This document shows positions 37,971-50,329 of a stretch of 64,000 nucleotides of DNA, in pieces; position 1 is the stretch's first letter, and each line of letters starts with the position of its first letter. The notes under the pieces are model-generated. The model was not told the origin of the DNA, did no database searches, and saw only the letters and a program-made list of their open reading frames with translations. Made by a program: the position numbers and the translations under genes. Origin of the DNA: Mobula hypostoma (taxonomy: Eukaryota); assembly GCF_963921235.1 (NCBI RefSeq), contig NC_086120.1:22010001-22074000 (forward strand), read 5' to 3'.

Positions 37971-38954
37971 CAACAGTCAGGAAATGCATGAATAGTGTGA
38001 AGTCTGATCAGGAATTACATTTTTACTTTGCACCTCTTAGTGCCATTTCAAATTGAAATGTGACCATTTTTTTTTACAGAGGGAGACCTGACTGAATGTT
38101 AATGCTAAACACAATCATATTTTTGTGCACCATATATGGGTGCAATTCTATCAACCCAATATCCAGCCCAGTCTCTTACAGTTTGCCACTGAGTAATGCA
38201 TAAACAAACAAACAGTAGGTGAAATAATTTTAGCTACACCTGATCACTTGATATTTATAAACAGCAAATTAGATTTTCATGATTCCTTTCATATCTGCTG
38301 TATACTTCTTGCTGCCTCAGTAAAGCAGCCAGTGTAATCAAAAATGCCACCCACCCCAGACGTTCTCTCTTCTGTCCTCTCTGATCAAGTAGAAGACAGA
38401 GCATATTGTATATCACCAGACTCAAGGACAGCTTCTATCCAGCTGTTATCTTACTCTTGTACTCAATGTCCAATACCATATCAACTAAAGCACTCTGCAC
38501 AAGTCTGCTTACTGAACATTACTGAAATTAAATTTATCTTTCCCCACAGAGTTATCTCAAAGTATCTTCGGCCTTCATCTAGAAACTGAGGAAGGTTCTC
38601 CCACCATCCAGTGACTCTGCAGTCAATGAATAAAAGCTTAATTGAAAGTTATTTGAGCTAATTATTATTAGAAAGTACCATATCAGTCTTATTGACATTG
38701 GACATCTTCTGAAACTTCGATTTTGGGTTTTTTGAATCACAGAAAGCAAAGAGTGTAACTTGCGTCAAAGGCTGCGAAGTGACTCCGAAAAGACAGAGAC
38801 TATTACGGAATAAGGCCGAATTGATCTAAGATTATATTTGGAGCAGCTTTTCTAATAAAGGGTTTCATCCTTCAAGCAGAAGTTCCTCCTTGTGAGCTCT
38901 GAATAGGAATTGTTTATAAGGAAATGGTTTAGGAGATATACGTTGCGAGACTCA

Positions 38955-39243
38955 ATGATGGCTGTGGCACTTTCTGTTCATAGTGAAGGACTGCATAAAT
39001 ACTCCAGCCCAATTCAAGGGATTAAACAACAGATACAACACAAAATGAATGAGGATGAATTGGGCAAGAGGGAAAACACTGTATTCACACCCTTTGAAAA
39101 AGTCATTTATGATATGAGGAACAATGAAAAAGTGAAAAATGAACTGATACTTGGAAAGAGGGTTGGATTTTACCAGCTCCGTGGACAGATTGGCATTGGA
39201 AACTTCTCAAAGGTGAAGCTCGGAATACATTGCTTGACAAAAG
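38955..39243 (+). CDS. nim1k: NIM1K-like kinase coding exon 1; CDS join(38955..39243,45996..46264,47734..48483), 435 aa
   Basis: TPFEKV...LGKRVGFYQLRGQIGIGNFSKVKLGIHCLTK resembles the NIM1 N-terminus. Donor G|gtatgt; upstream acceptor ends at 38742. Could be a paralog rather than the ortholog. Confidence 0.85.
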
Positions 39244-39451
39244 GTATGTCTGAAGTACCAAATTCCACCTAGAGTATTTAAGAAGTCTGGTTCATATTGT
39301 GAATATTTTACTTGACATAATGTAAGCAGGTTGTCTACTGTTGCAGCAGTCATCAATGCAAGACATTGGGAACCATTATATTGAAATAAGAACACCAGTC
39401 TGCTGACTATACCATGAGTTTGATTTTAGATAATGATGTAGTAGTGATACT

Positions 39452-39810
39452 AGAAACATAGAAAACCTACAGCACAATATAGGCCCTTCCGCCCACAAAG
39501 CTCTGCCGAACAAGTCCTTACCTTAGAAGTTAACTAGGGTTACCCATAGCCCTCTATTTTTCTGAGCTCCATGTACTTGTCCAGGAGTCGCTTAAAAGAC
39601 CCTATTGTATCCGCCTCCACCACCGTTGCCGGCAGCCCATTCCATGCACTCACCACTCTCTGCGTAAAAAACTTACCCCTGACATCTTCTCTGTACCTAC
39701 CTCCAGGCACCTTAAAACTGTGCCCTCTCGTACTAGCTATTTCAGCCCTGGGATAAAGCCTCTGACTATCCACATGATCAATGCCTCTCATCATCTTATA
39801 CACTCCCCTT
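39452..39810 (-). mobile_element. CR1 LINE 3' fragment
   Basis: VRGKFFTQRVVSAWNGLP peptide and tttctatg tail. Confidence 0.9.
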
Positions 39811-40872
39811 AAACTTTGCACTCAGCTGCTTCGGTTATACTGGTGCGTAAGAAGAACATGGTAACCTGCCTTAATAACTATTGTCCAGTAGCACTTACGT
39901 GTTTTGAGAAACATTATCAACTTCTGCTCGTACTTGGATCCACTCCAATTTGCCTACCATCACAAAAGGTCTACAACAGATGTTATATTTGAAACTAGCC
40001 ATTAGGGAATAAAACAATGTTTAATGTATCTGAAAACAATATCTTGGGATTAGATAAAACTACAGGAAATCTGGTTTTGTTACAATTACCCATGAGATTG
40101 TTAAATGGTTTCAAACACTATAAACCAATATGGGGGCAAAAATTAAGAAATTATCGTTACCAAGGTTTACTCATTGAGACTGGCATGTTGATATTTAATA
40201 ATGTAATTGGTTAATTGCAGGTTGAGCATGTTTAGTTTTTAATTTAATTTTTGCTCATTTATCTTATAGATTCTGCCTGGTAGTATCACTTTGGGACAAT
40301 GAGCACTTTTATTCACCAAAATTAAAAATCATAAATTTTAAATTAAAGATGTAAATTAATTCTTTTCTTAGAAATTAGAGGAATAACTTGGTGCAAGATG
40401 ATATCAAACTGCCAAACATTTTTTCCTGTACGCAAACTTGTTAAACTAATCAACTAACCGAACTTGAGTGGGATTCAAGGGAGGTGCATAAAAAAGTCAA
40501 CAAGATGATATATCAGTACTTAATTATTTATCATACAGGAATCTGTGTATCAACATAACAAAGAAAATATTCATTAGTTTAGATGACAGATAAATGAAGA
40601 ATCACAAATTAAAACTTTCCTGTCTCCCAGGTCATTTATGTAAAATGCATTTTTCAAAATTGCAACTGCCTATTCTTTCACCATAATGAATAGTCAGTTC
40701 TCTTCACATTCAACAAGATCAAGTTCCTTTACTGCATCAGAAGTTAGGCAACTTTTGATTTTCTTAACAATTAAGATGGTCCCCTCCTCTGAAATCCTTT
40801 TCTGCAGTAAAACTTTAAGCTTCTTACACTTTGGTCATATTAATTTAATAAAGATAGGAAGATAGTTTTCAG

Positions 40873-42125
40873 TCAGCTGCTTCGGTTATACTGGTGCGTA
40901 AGAAGAACGTGGTAACCTGCCTTAATGACTATTGTCCAGTAGCACTTACGTGTCTTGAGAAACATATCAACTTCTGCTTGTACTTGGATCCACTCCAATT
41001 TGCCTACCATCACAATAGGTCTACAACAGATACCATTTCATTGGTTCTTCACTCATCCCTGGACATCTGGACAGTGAAGATGCATACACCAGGATGCTCT
41101 TCATTAACTGCAGCTCAGCATTTAATACTATCATCCCCTCAAAACTAATCAATAAGCTTCAAAGACCTTGGCCTCAATACTTCCTTGTGCAATTAAATCC
41201 TGGATTTCCTCACTTGCAGACCCCAGTCACTTCAGACTGGCAGAAACATCTCCTGCAAATCTCCATCAGCATAGCTGCACCACAAGGCTGTTGTCTTATC
41301 CCTCTGCTCTACACACTTTATACCTATGACTATGAGGCTAAGCACAGCTGCAATTCCATATTTAAGCTTGCTGATGACATCACTGTCGTTGGCCAAATCA
41401 AAGGTGGTGACAAATCAGCATATACAAGGTTTACTCAGTGAGGGAGATATAGGAGGGAGATTGAAAATCTGGCTGAGTGGTGCCTCACAGCAACCTCTCG
41501 GTCAATGTCAGCAAGACCAAGGAGCTGATTATTGACTTCAGGAGGAGGAACCAGAGATCCACAAGTCAGTCCTCATTGGAGGATCAGAGGTGCAGAGAGT
41601 CAGCCACTTTAAATTCCTCAGTGTTATCATTTCAGGGGATTCTTCCTGGGTCTAGCACATAAGAGCCACTACAAAGAAAGCATGGCAGTGCCTCTACTTC
41701 CTCAAAAGTTTGCGAAGATTTGGCATGACATCTGAAACTTTGACAAACTTCTATAGATGTGTGGTGGAGAGTACATTGACTGGTTGTATCAAGACCTGGT
41801 TATGGAAACACCAATGCCATTGAATAGAAAATCCTACAAAAAGTATTGGATACGGCCTAGTCCATCACATGTAAAGCCCTCCCCACCATTGAGATCATAA
41901 ACACAGAGCACTGTTGCAGGAAGCAGTATCCATCATCAAAGACCTCCACTGACGAGGCCATGCGCTCTTCTCGCTGCTGCCATCAGGAAGAAGGTACTCG
42001 ATCTTCAGGATCCACACCACCAGGTTCAGGAACAGTTATTACCCCTCAGGTTCTTGAACCAAAGAGCATCACTTCACTCAATCCAACATTGATCTGTTCC
42101 TTCAATCTATGGGCTTACTTTAAAC
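40873..42125 (+). mobile_element. Decayed Rex1/Babar LINE
   Basis: [18 protein letters not shown] and [14 protein letters not shown] motifs with frameshifts. Confidence 0.85.
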
Positions 42126-43583
42126 TTCGATTTTTCCAAACATACCAGATCTGAATGAACCGCAAGAAGTACCGTGGGCTTCAATCCCCATGCCCCATCA
42201 GTCACTTGCTTTTCCAGGGAGGTAGTTAGCCTTGTACTCTTCACTTTTCTGTAAGAAAGTCATCCACTTATGAAAAGTAATTCCTGTGCTCACTATTCCT
42301 ATCTCTTATAGATGAGGCTTCAGATTTATTTAGCACATGTATATTGAAATGTACAGTAAAAAAAGCATTATTTGCGTTAACAACCAACACCCTCCATGCT
42401 GCGTTCACCAGCAACTTTTATATGTGTTCCCTCAATGATGTGCTGGGGGCAGCTCAGATGTTTTGCCATGCATTCCAGTCCCAACAGTGTGCAAGGAGCC
42501 CATGTACTGCAATGTTCTTAATATTAAAGTTATCTTTCAGCAACCCCTGTGGCTTCAACACTTCTCCTTAGCCACCCAGTCAACTCTCCTACCAGGCTTC
42601 TCCAACTCTAACTCTAATGTCATGCTGCTTTCTACCTTCTTCCTATCTTTCTGTTCATGAAAGTTTGTTTTAGCAACCATAAAACACAACTTCCCTTTTA
42701 GACAATTGACATTGAAAATGGTTTCATTATCCTTCTCCCTTTCAAAACCATCAGGAGAGACTTCGGAAAAAGAATCATTGTCAGTTTGGTTTTCACAATT
42801 ACTGCCTTCCTTCAATCTTCGTGTCCCTCTTGGAAGTAATTGAGCATGCTTCTGCCTTTCAATGCCGATCCAAATCCTCTTTACTTCTGCCCCAATCTCT
42901 TGTACATCTCCTCACATCTTACCTCTACTAATATATTGGAAAGCCATTGGCTTCAATTATAAAACAAGATAAGGCCATTCAGTGAACTACATTGTCCAGT
43001 CATATACTCACAATGTAGGAAGATGGTAATCAATGTACAACAGCAATTATTTTCATTATTGATTTTTTTTGGAATATGGTCATTATGTATTGGCAAAGAT
43101 AGCATTTATCATTCCTCTGTAGTTTCCCTGAAACAAGTATAGGGAAGGTGTGGGCTGCAGCAGTTCTCCTGATGAAGGTCTGCTCACAATATTGCTGGGT
43201 GGACAATTCCAGAATACAGACTCAGCAATGATGAAAAAAGGGTAAACTATTTCAAGCCAGGATGGTGTGCAACATGGAAGAGAACATAGCAAAAGGTGTT
43301 CCATGCTTTATTGGCAATACACAGAGGTGAAGATAGCTGAAATTACAATTTGATAAATAACTAAGATCCATTCTAATAATTACTTCCAGCATTTTTTAGC
43401 TTTTATTTAGGTTTTTAAAAGGTTCGTGCTACTCCCTATTCGTACTCATGAAGTCCACTATAGAAGAAAGCAGTCAACATTTCATAAACTTTTCCTATCT
43501 CCAACATGCTTATATTTTCATCTAAACATTCCGTTACCTGAATTGTTATATATAAGCTATATATATAACAATTATATATATAG

Positions 43584-43778
43584 CTTATACTGTTGTTATT
43601 TATTTGCACTCACTGTCATTAAATTACCAGCTTACTCCTTCATCTATAGATTGCCTGTCCTTTCACAGTTTATATATAATTGTGATATATAAGCTGTGAA
43701 AGGACAGGCAATCTATAGATGAAGGAGTAAGCTGGTAATTTAATGACAGTGACTGCAAATAAATAACAACAGTATAAG
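43584..43778. repeat. Near-perfect palindrome, 94-bp arms with 7-nt spacer
   Basis: 43584..43677 is the reverse complement of 43685..43778 with 2 mismatches. Confidence 0.95.
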
Positions 43779-43907
43779 GAAAAGTACAAAACCAATTGGG
43801 AGTCACAGCATGGCAGTAGGCACTCAGTTCCATAGCCTATGCATTGAATAAGCAGAACTCTGAATTGTCCTCTCACCTACGTGGAAACATTAGGAATATT
43901 TGTCTGT

Positions 43908-45090
43908 TAAGACCATAAGACACAGGAGCATAATCAGCTCACTCGGCCCATCAAGTCTGCTCCGCCATTTCATCATGGCTGATCCATTTCCCTCTGAAGT
44001 CCATTCTCCTGCCTTCTCCCAATAACCTTTCATGCTCTGACTAATCAAGAATCTATCAACTTCTGCCAGTTACCTGGCCTCCACAACTGCCGGTGGCAAT
44101 GAATTCCACAGATTCACCACCCTCTGGCGAAAGAAATTTCGCCTCATCTCTGTTCTAAATGGATGTCCCTCTATTCTGAGATTGTGCCTTCTGGTCCTAG
44201 ACTCTGCCACTGTAGGAAACATCCACTCTATCTAGCTCTTTCAATGTTCTATAGGTTTCAATGAGAACCCCCCCCCCGCCCCCCCCCCAATTCTTCTAAA
44301 TTCCAGTGAGTACAGGCCCAGGGCCATCAAATGATCCTCATATGATAAGCCTTCCATTCCTGGAATCATTTTCATGAACCTCCTTTGAATCCTCCCCAGT
44401 GTCAGCACATCCTTTCTAAAATACGAGGCCCAAAACTGCTCACAATACTTCAAGTGAGGCCTCACCAGTGCCTTATAAAGTCCCAGCATTACATCCTTGC
44501 TTTTATATACTAGCCCTCTTGAAATGAATGTTAACACCACTGACTCAACCTGCAAGTTAACCTTTAGGGAATCCTACATGAGGACTCCCAAGTGCCCTTG
44601 CAATTCAGATTTTTAGATTTTCTCCCCACTTAGAAAATAGCCTACGCTTTTAATCCTTCTACCGAAGTGCATGACCATACACATCCTGACACTGTATTCC
44701 AAGTCCTTCTGCAGCTTCCCTGCTTTCTCAACACTATCTGCCCTTCCACCTATCTTCATATCATCTGCTAACTTGGCCACAAAGTCATGAATTTCATCAT
44801 CCAAATCATTAATATACAACATAAAAAGAAGCGGTCCTAACACTGACTCCTGCAGAACACCAGTAGTTACCAGCAGCTAATCAGAAAAGGCTCTCTTTAT
44901 TCCCACTCTTTGCCTCCTGCCAGTCAGCTAATTTTCTATCCATACTAGTATCTTTCATGTCATACCATGAACTCTTATCTTGCTCAGCAGCTTCATGTGT
45001 GGCATCGTTATCAAGGGCTTTCTTAAAATCTAAGTACACAACATCCACCATTTCTCCTTTGTCTATCTTGCTTGTTATTTCATCAAAACT
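43908..45090 (-). mobile_element. Decayed CR1 LINE
   Basis: LGPLLFMLYINDLD...KLADD and YKALVRPHL peptides; tcttatgg tail. Confidence 0.9.
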
Positions 45091-45995
45091 TCACAGGATT
45101 ATATAAAATTCAAAGAAATAAATGGAGGTTGTCCTTGTGGAGATTACTGTGATCAGACTGAGTAAGACCACATTAAAGCAGCTCAAACACAAGTAATGGC
45201 CAGAAATTCCTTGGATTACTCTGGTATAAGTTAACATGCAGTAATCTAGAAATTCTGTTTTGAGTCCAACATTGATATGTGCAACACAAGATAACTCAGT
45301 TGTTGAAAACAGTGAATACACACAATAATGCTTTTCTGCAATACAGCATCCAATTGATTTCACTTGCGCAAAATTTTACCACATACAACAGACAAGCAAA
45401 ACATATCAGTTGAGAACACTCAAGGAGACCTTAGTTTGGGACTGAGGCATATTTCAGTATTAAAGTGTTCAACCTTTCTAGACTTGTTAATGGAGTTTCT
45501 AAGGCATCTTTCTTTTTATTTTTAAAATTTTCTTTAGAGATACAGCATGGAACAGGCCCTTCTGGCCATCGAGCTGCATCATCCAGCAACCCACCTATTA
45601 ATGCAAGCCTAATCACAGGACTATGTACAATGACTAGTTAACCTACTAACCAGTATGACTTTAGACCGTGGGAGAAAACCATGATACTGTACACAGAGGA
45701 AACCAATATGGTGGTTTCCTTCTTCAACTTTTCAACCTTTATATTTGGCCTCACACTCCACCCTCCCTGCCGGTGCTTCCACAGTCTTCGGATCCCCTGC
45801 CCAAGCCTTCTCTCCAATTTCCGCCAAGCCTAAATAACGAAAACCAAAATACACACACACATTATTTTGGATATTTAATCATCTACGGCTTCATTGACTC
45901 CATTCTAAAAATTACAAAATCATATCCAGTAAATTGTTCATTAATGAAAAAAAGTAATTATATATATTTTCTTGTTTGTTCTTTCCTATTTGTAG

Positions 45996-46264
45996 AAAGG
46001 GTAGCAATTAAAATAATCAGTAAAAAGCATCTAACACACAAGAGACAGGATCTGTTCATAAATGAAGTTCTGTGTATGGAGCAACTTCATCATCCAAATA
46101 TCATCCGGTTATATGAGGTGCTGGAGACACAAACTCGGCTGCATCTGGTCTTGGAGTACGCAGAAGGAGGGGATCTGTTCACCAAGATCTGCACACAGGG
46201 TCGGCTCTCGGAACATGAGAGTAAATTCATATTTGTTCAGATTGTGTCGGCTGTCAAACATATG
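45996..46264 (+). CDS. nim1k: NIM1K-like kinase coding exon 2
   Basis: VAIK lysine, alphaC Glu (NEV), HPNIIRLYEV. Acceptor tttgtag (phase 1) and donor ATG|gtaagt. Confidence 0.92.
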
Positions 46265-47733
46265 GTAAGTGGGAAGTAGAGGCTTAGCTAAGAAAGATTG
46301 TATCGTGTTAGGGTCACCTTTAAATTTGTACTTCTACCACCAGTGAACTGGATTGATATCATTTTGGTAGGTTGTCCATATAACCTAACAATTGCTATGA
46401 TGTACTTCGAATTCCTGATTGACATATTCTCCCACTTTGTTCCTTATTTCATACAAATTGAAGCTGTACATTATTATCTGGGTGGGTTTCCTGGACAGAA
46501 TTTTTAAAGATTTGATTAAGGTCCCCTTTTTTACAACCTAATCACCTTTTCAGACCTCCTAACCCACAATTAGAGATTTGTAATCCAGAGATTGAGATCA
46601 TTTGTCCACAATGGAATAACCCTGCAGTTTTAAGGCATTTCCAGGTACTTTCAGTTATTTCCAGATCAATGGCAAATAAAGATACTGTATGTACTGACCA
46701 CTGTCACAACAGATCTATGCTGATACAAGAGCACCGATCACCTTCCAGCTATCCTCCTTCCCCTCCCCCATATTTGGCATCTGCCTCCTTCCTTTCCAGT
46801 GCTGAAGAAGGGTCTGAGTCGACCTGAAACATTGACTGTTTATTCATTTCCATAGATGCTGCCTGACTTGCTGAGTTCGTCCAGCATTTTGTGTCTGTTG
46901 CTTTGGATTTCCAGCACCTGCAGAATTTCTAGAGTTTATGAATTGCCCAAAATACTCAGCAGGTTGGGAGCATATGTAGGAAGAAAGACAGACAAATGGA
47001 GATGAAGAGAAGTCAATGCCGATACTCTCATTCCACACAAGGCCACTTATTCCCTCTTCACGTAACGCAAACAGCCTTTTATTCCTTGCTCCTTAAGATA
47101 ATCTTGCTTCTTATTCAAGGTGTCCAGGATGATCCCTCATCTACTCCTTTTGCTGGCAAGTTCTACATTCTAAAAATTCTGTTTAAAAATATTTTTTTCT
47201 GAATTCCTTATTGGATTTAGTAGTGACTTTCTTACATTAATGTTCTCTAGGTTTGATGTTCTCCAAGAGATTAACTATTTCTATGAAAACTTTCATAATT
47301 TTAGAGACAGTAGTTGTCTATCCTTCAACATTCCTTGTTCTAGAGAATACAGCACCATTTTCTTGATCTTAACTGATTGATGTGCACTTTCCTTATTACA
47401 TGACTTCTGTGACTTGCCAACTATTATCAGGACTCATCAGTTCTTGGCCTGAAAGATTTACAGTTTTTTTCCTTTCCATAGATGCAGTCTGACCTGCTGA
47501 GTTCCTCCAGCAGTCTGTATTTGTTACTATGATCCTAATCATATTTTTGGGAAATTTCATCTTTGTACCTCAGTAATGGATCTGCTGCTGGTGGTGGCCA
47601 TGACATTTGTTGGTCTTCATGTTCCCAGTTCATGTTTTTCACTCAACCATTTATTAACTCCCTACTTCTTCCATCATTTCCTTTTTTGACTGCTTCATAT
47701 TTTTTCAACTTGTTTTTCCATTTACTTTGACAG

Positions 47734-48483
47734 CATGAGAACAAGGTGGTGCATCGGGATCTCAAAGCAGAAAATGTATTTTATTCAGCCACAAACCACA
47801 TGAAGGTGGGTGATTTTGGATTCAGCATCCTGCATCCTGTAAATGAACCCCTAAGTATGTGTTGTGGCTCTCCTCCATATGCAGCCCCAGAGCTGTTTGG
47901 AGAGAAAGGTTACTTTGGAATCCATGTGGACATCTGGGCTTTAGGCATCCTGTTATATTTCATGGTGACAGCGACATTGCCTTTCCATGCAGACACTGTC
48001 AAGAAGCTAAAAAAATGCATTTTATTGGGATCATATGCAATTCCACCTTATGTATCAGATCCCTGCAAGAAACTAATCCATGGAATTCTGCAACCCATTC
48101 CGACAAACCGCTACACCATAGCCAATATCCTGGACAGTCAATGGCTGAGAGAGATGCAAGTTCCAGAACCATACCAACCATTTCACTTGAGTCCAGATCA
48201 CTTAGCTGGTCATCTACCCCTAAGTGATGAGGAAAGGGAAGTGAAGAAAGCATTAAGTGACTTGGGGATCACAGAGGAACATATCTACAATAACCTTGAT
48301 TTGAAATCCCACAATCCTATTACTGGGACTTATCGCATTATTCTACACCGGAGCCAAAAGAGATATAACCCAGGAGGCTTTGCCATGATGAGCAACTTCT
48401 CGAGTGCCAACAGGCCGAATGAACGAAAACGTCGAAATTTCAGAGCACGTGTACAGCAATCAAAAATGTGTTTGGTTCTATAA
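47734..48483 (+). CDS. nim1k: NIM1K-like kinase coding exon 3
   Basis: [20 protein letters not shown] and DIWALG motifs; ends in CaaX (CLVL*). AATAAA at 48500. Confidence 0.93.
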   Translation, partial: HENKVVHRDLKAENVFYSATNHMKVGDFGFSILHPVNEPLSMCCGSPPYAAPELFGEKGYFGIHVDIWALGILLYFMVTATLPFHADTVKKLKKCILLGSYAIPPYVSDPCKKLIHGILQPIPTNRYTIANILDSQWLREMQVPEPYQPFHLSPDHLAGHLPLSDEEREVKKALSDLGITEEHIYNNLDLKSHNPITGTYRIILHRSQKRYNPGGFAMMSNFSSANRPNERKRRNFRARVQQSKMCLVL

Positions 48484-48517
48484 ATCATGTAAATACATCA
48501 ATAAAATTGTAGCACTA

Positions 48518-49545
48518 GCAGGGCTGTGTGTTTGGCCCCCTACTTTACTCGCTTTATACTTATGACTGTGAGGCTGAGCACAGCTCCAGTGCCATATTTA
48601 AGTTTGATGACGACACCACTGTCATTGGCCGAATCAAAGATGGTGACAAATCAGCATATGGGAGGGAGATTGAAAATCTGGTTGAGTGATGCCACAACAA
48701 CAATCTTTCACTCAATGTCAGCAAGACCAAGGCGCTGACTGTTGACTTCAGGAGGAGGAAACTGGAGGTCCATGAAGGGGATAAGAGGTGGAGAGAGTTA
48801 GCAACTTGAAATTCCTCAGTGTTATCATTTCAGAGGATCTGCCCTGAGCCCAGAACATAATTGCAATTATGAAGAAAGCACGGCAGTGTCTTTACTTCCA
48901 CAGAAGTTTGCAAAGATCTGGCATGACATCTAAAACTTTGACAAATTTCTATAGATGTGTAGTGGAGAGTATCTTGACTGGTTGCATCACAGATTGGTAT
49001 GGTAACACCAATGCCCTTGAATGGAATATCCTCAAAAAGTAGTGGATATGGCCCAGATAAAGTCCTTCCCGCTATTGAGCACATCTACATGGAGCGCTGA
49101 CACGGGAAAGCCGTGTCCATCTTCGAAGACCTCCACCATCCATGCTCTTCTCTTGCTGCCGCCATCAGGAAGAAGGTTCAGGACACCAGGTTCCTGAACA
49201 GCTGTTACTCCTCAGCCATCAAGCTCTTGAACCAGTGGGGATGACTTCACTCACCCATCACTGAACTGTTCCCACAACCTATGGACTCACTTGCAGGACT
49301 TTCATAACGTGTTCTCGATATTTATTGCTTGCTTATTTATTTATTATTATTATCTCTTTTTTTCCTTTTGTATTGCATGGTTTGTTGTCTTTTGCACATT
49401 GGTTGTTTGTCCGTACTGTTGGGTGCGGTCATTCATTGATTCTATCATGTTTCTTATATTTACTGAGTATGCCTACAAAAAAATGAATCTCAGGGTTGTA
49501 TATGGTGACATATATGCACTTTGATAATAAATTTACTTTGAACTT
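48518..49545 (+). mobile_element. Rex1/Babar LINE 3' part immediately after the kinase stop codon
   Basis: Homologous to 41280..42120; tail gataataaatttactttgaactt. Confidence 0.85.
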
Positions 49546-50329
49546 CTAATTTTTGTTAAAGCCAATCATAAAGTGGCTAATGAGGCAGTGAACATAAAGA
49601 AACCTCTCTCAGTTTCACATACTTAGAAGCCCAGGAATTCCGAAATTTCAGCAGTGGCTTGAGCAGGCATTTTAATTAATAAATCTCTGGGAGATCAAGT
49701 AAGTGTTTCGTTTTTCTCATTAGGATTCATGTTCAGTACAAATTCCTGTATACATATAAAGATTTGACTGAATATATGTATTATTGAATAAATAAATTTC
49801 AATTTAAAATTAAAATGTGACTAAGCATGGTTATTTTCCCATTAGCTCTAGCATTTTTTTCTAAAAGAAAGCATAGTTTTATTCTTCATGGATGATTGGA
49901 TAGAAAAATATGGTTATATGAAACACAACTGGGTATAAGTGCATATCTACACAGAGAGTTGTTGCAGGAAAGCAGTATCAGGAGCCCCACCAAAGGGTCA
50001 TGCTCTCGTCTCACTGCTGCCATCAGGAAGAAGGTACAGGAGCCTTAGAATTCACACCACCAGGTTCAGGAACAGTTGTTACCCCTCAATCATCAGGCTC
50101 TCGAACGAGAGGGGATAACTTCACCTGCCCCATCACTGAACTGTTCCCACAACCCATGGACTTATGGATCTGAGGGTGACATATATGTACTTTGATAATA
50201 CATTTACTTTAAACTTGGAACTTTATTTTATGCAACAGATCTCTGTCAGAAGCTAGAATTCCATGAGGACAAAAAGAAAGGCAGGAAAATAATCTGTACT
50301 AAGAACATAAGAAAGCGACAAAACAACAT

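Noticed and set aside
45668-45995. N-terminal part of the 203-aa ORF
   Set aside because: Intronic read-through upstream of the exon acceptor at 45995.
46797-46838. Sense hammerhead in kinase intron 2
   Set aside because: Stem I and stem III pairings are disrupted; probably inactive.
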